A stretch of DNA of 64,000 bases from Camelus ferus (lineage: Eukaryota): positions 59,706,001-59,770,000 of the forward strand of contig NC_045705.1 in assembly GCF_009834535.1 (NCBI RefSeq), given 5' to 3'. Below the pieces are notes generated by a model, which made no database searches, was not told the DNA's origin, and saw only the letters and a list, made by a program, of their open reading frames with translations. Positions 61,225 through 64,000 of this stretch are shown here, in pieces; position 1 is the stretch's first letter; the number at the start of each line of letters is the position of its first letter. Position numbers and translations under genes: made by a program.

Positions 61225-63169
61225 CTAGGGAGAGAAAGAGTGGGAAGGCCAGGTTAGGAAATCCTGCTCAGGGGAAGGCTCCTGCAGGCCATCCCTCAGC
61301 AGAACCGAGAACAAGGGGCCCAGAGTGACTTGCAGGGACCATCCAAGCATTGGGAGCCAGGCATGATCGGATCTCACCACCTCCCCCACTATCCCCACCC
61401 CACCCCAGCTGCCATGCTTGCCTTGATAGCTCTCCTGGGCTCCCTTGACACCCCCTTGGTCTATTCTTAACCCAGCAGGCAGGGGGAGTCTTCCAAGATG
61501 GGTCAGACCATGCCACTCGTTTGCTCAAAGTCCTCCCAGCTCAGGCAGAGGCACAGCCTTGTGTGTGTGTCTGCCCGCCTCCTTTCCCTCCCGGCCTCAC
61601 CTCCCACTCCTCTCCCCAGCCTCCAGTCACGAGCCTGCTTGCCTTTCCTCCAGCACACCACCAACACACCCGGACGCTCTCCCCGCACAGAGCTGCTCCC
61701 CCGGCCTTAAGCCTTACTTATATGATGGGCTTCACCCTCTGTCCACTGAGCATTCCCAGTCCTCCTTTCACTCGACCTTCCCTTTTCCCACAGCACTCAT
61801 GGCTTCCAAACCTACTACACAGCTGACTCGCTGATTACATTTATGCCTGTCTACTCTGCCAGTGTCAGCTCCGTGAAGACAGGGATCTTTGTCTCTCTTG
61901 TCCACTGATGCATCTATAGCACCTAGAATGGTGCACCTAGTAGGTGTTTAATATATCTGTGTTAATGAATGGCAGGGAGCAAGCTTCCAATAAATATTAG
62001 TTGAGAGGGTGAATGAATGAATTAGGGAAGGAATCAAGCGAGAAACTGAGGCCCAGGGAAGGGAGGGGATGTGCCCATGGCTGCACAGCAGAGCACTGGG
62101 TGTGAAGTCAGGAAGAGGCATGGTTCCTGACTCCCACAAAGTGCTCCCTCGGCCTTCCAGAGCCCGCTGTGGCCCTCAGCAACACCTCCTGCCCTCCCCA
62201 CTAGCTGGGGGAGAGGGTCTGGGAGCCTGAGGCCCCTCACCTATCCCCATCATCTAGACCCAGAATTGCTCAGAGTAACATTGGGAGGGAGAGGAGAAAT
62301 GTGAAAGGTAGAAACAGAGACACAGAAACAGGAGAAGGTAGTGGAGGAGGGAGGGGAGGGAGGGAGAGGAAAGAAAAGGGACGCTGGTTCTGGAAGTGTG
62401 AAAATAAAAGATAGAATGAGAGAAGAAAAAATAAAGAGAGGGAGAGAGAAATAGTCACAAACAGAGAGAGATGGAGCAGACACAGAGCAACAGAGCAGGC
62501 CTCCACGCACTGAGAGGGATCCAGGCAGCCCAAATCCTGGAGGAGCAGGAGGCCCAGCAGGCACCCAGGACAAGGCTGGGTGAGGCCCACAGTGTCACAG
62601 TGACAGCAGGTCCTTCGAGAAAGGGAGTGGGGTGGTGGCTTTGAGCTGCCTCCACACCTGCCCCGTTCACCCCCACCCCTTCCTTTTGGGGCCCAAGGGA
62701 CTACTGATGGATCTGAGCTTGGCTAGCCAACAAGGACTAGCCCGTGCCTCCCCCACCTCCCCTAGGACTCTGGGCTTTTCTCCTCATAAATATTTATCAG
62801 TGTTTGGAGTGTGAAGATGCCACAGTCGGCGAGGGTATAATAATTGCTAAGGTGAGAAAAAGTACAGATCACACGGTTTGAACCAGCAGCTCCCAATCTA
62901 AGGCTGGACCCGCAGAGGAGACCAGAGAAGTGACAGGCCTCATGTACCCCAGCTGCTTCCAGAAGCCTCAGTGATTCAGACCCTCGGAAGCCCCAGGTCT
63001 GAGAAAAGGGAGCGGCCACAAATGCCCAGGGCCACACATAACTGAGCCAGGAAAAGCCATTCCAGTAACCCCTGAGAAGGACTAAGGCACCCTGGCCACA
63101 GGAGGAGGCCGGGGCCAGCAGGGAGGAGTGATAGGGAGGGAGGGAAGGAAGCAAGGAGGAACTAACATT

Positions 63170-63400
63170 TTTAAAAAGAAGGAACTGGAATTTGTTGAGT
63201 GCTCAATTAATTATTTCTCATAACAGCACTGTGAAGTGGGCATTAGAATGCTCATTTTATAGATAATGAACTCAAGGCTAAGAGAGATGTAGTAATTTTC
63301 CCAGGAACACACAGCAAGCAAGGGGCCGATAAGTCAGAAATCAGACCCAGTTCCATCTGTCGGCCTCCAGAGGCTGGGTATTTTATATCCAAGCCTGCTG
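63170..63400 (-). mobile_element. MIR SINE
   Basis: ttgagtgctc..ataacagcactgtgaagtgggcattagaatgctcattttatagataatgaactcaaggctaagagag. Confidence 0.7.
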
Positions 63401-64000
63401 CTTTCCTGAAGCAGGTGTTTTTAGCAACATGAAGAATAACAAAAAAAGAGGGGAAATGAGGACAGGAGGGTGGGCGGGAAAGAAGAAAGGAAAGAGTGAG
63501 TAAGGGGCAAGGAGGAGAATGAGGGGCAGGAAGCAGGGCCAGCCCAGCGGAGGGGGATGTCCAGTCAGCCTGGGGCCACCTCCTCAGGGTGCTGGATACT
63601 GATGGCTTCCTCAGAAACAACAGCAGCCGCCCATGCCCTCCAAGCATGTACGCCCTCATCATGTCTCTAAGTGTTTTTCCCAGAACATTGTTGTGGATCC
63701 TTCAACAATCCCATTTCAGAGACAATAAAACTGAGGCTCAAAGAGGGAAACTGTGGCTGCCTGTCTCCAGAGCGAGAGTCCCACAGCCAAATCGTCCCTG
63801 AAACAACTCCACTGGCTTCCTGACCCCAGTGCTGGCAGAAAAAAGGCCCCCATGGAGGTGCTTCCAGTTCACTGGAACCCCTGCCCATACAGCACCTTAC
63901 AGATCGCTTCTGCCTGTCCACTTTGAAGAGCAAGCACAAACACGCAAGGCTGAGGTCAAAGCCAAACTTCCAGACTGTGGGGTGGCTGCATTTGGTTCAC

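Noticed and set aside
61225-64000. Search for mir-326 (known to lie in ARRB1 intron 1)
   Set aside because: I did not see the mature sequence CCTCTGGGCCCTTCCTCCAG or its complement in the part of intron 1 present; it presumably lies beyond the window.

Overview
This is mammalian genomic DNA, not microbial. There are no Alu, B1/B2, Bov-tA/BovB or PRE-1 elements, and a single tRNA-derived SINE at ~8.2 kb resembles the camelid Vic-1 family, so a camelid source is likely (inference). The window holds two convergent protein-coding genes. TPBGL (+) has an intronless CDS at 24095-25264 (389 aa, LRR type-I membrane protein) inside a CpG island. ARRB1 (beta-arrestin-1, -) has coding exons 2-16 between 61224 and 40308, all with AG/GT ends; exon 1 lies beyond the right edge and the 3' UTR probably runs ~6 kb to ~34.2 kb. 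Adding the known 20-nt coding exon 1, the exons sum to 1257 nt (418 aa + stop). The rest is mostly ancient repeats (MIR, L2, L3/CR1, L1M, MLT1/ERVL LTRs, MER20, MER94) and low-complexity tracts. I find no new protein-coding gene, RNA gene or CRISPR array. Almost all ORF-track calls are spurious (GC shadows, N-gap artefacts, low complexity). Best leads: (1) two near-perfect REST/NRSF RE1 elements 21.7 kb and 7.2 kb upstream of TPBGL, suggesting neuronal-type repression; (2) a 188-N gap that hides ARRB1 exon 5 while preserving its exact 197-nt length; (3) an overlapping uORF and an in-frame upstream AUG at TPBGL; (4) a CTCF site with the upstream motif in ARRB1 intron 7; (5) G-quadruplex-type tracts next to ARRB1 donors. 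Repeat family names and orthologue comparisons are from memory, not database searches.
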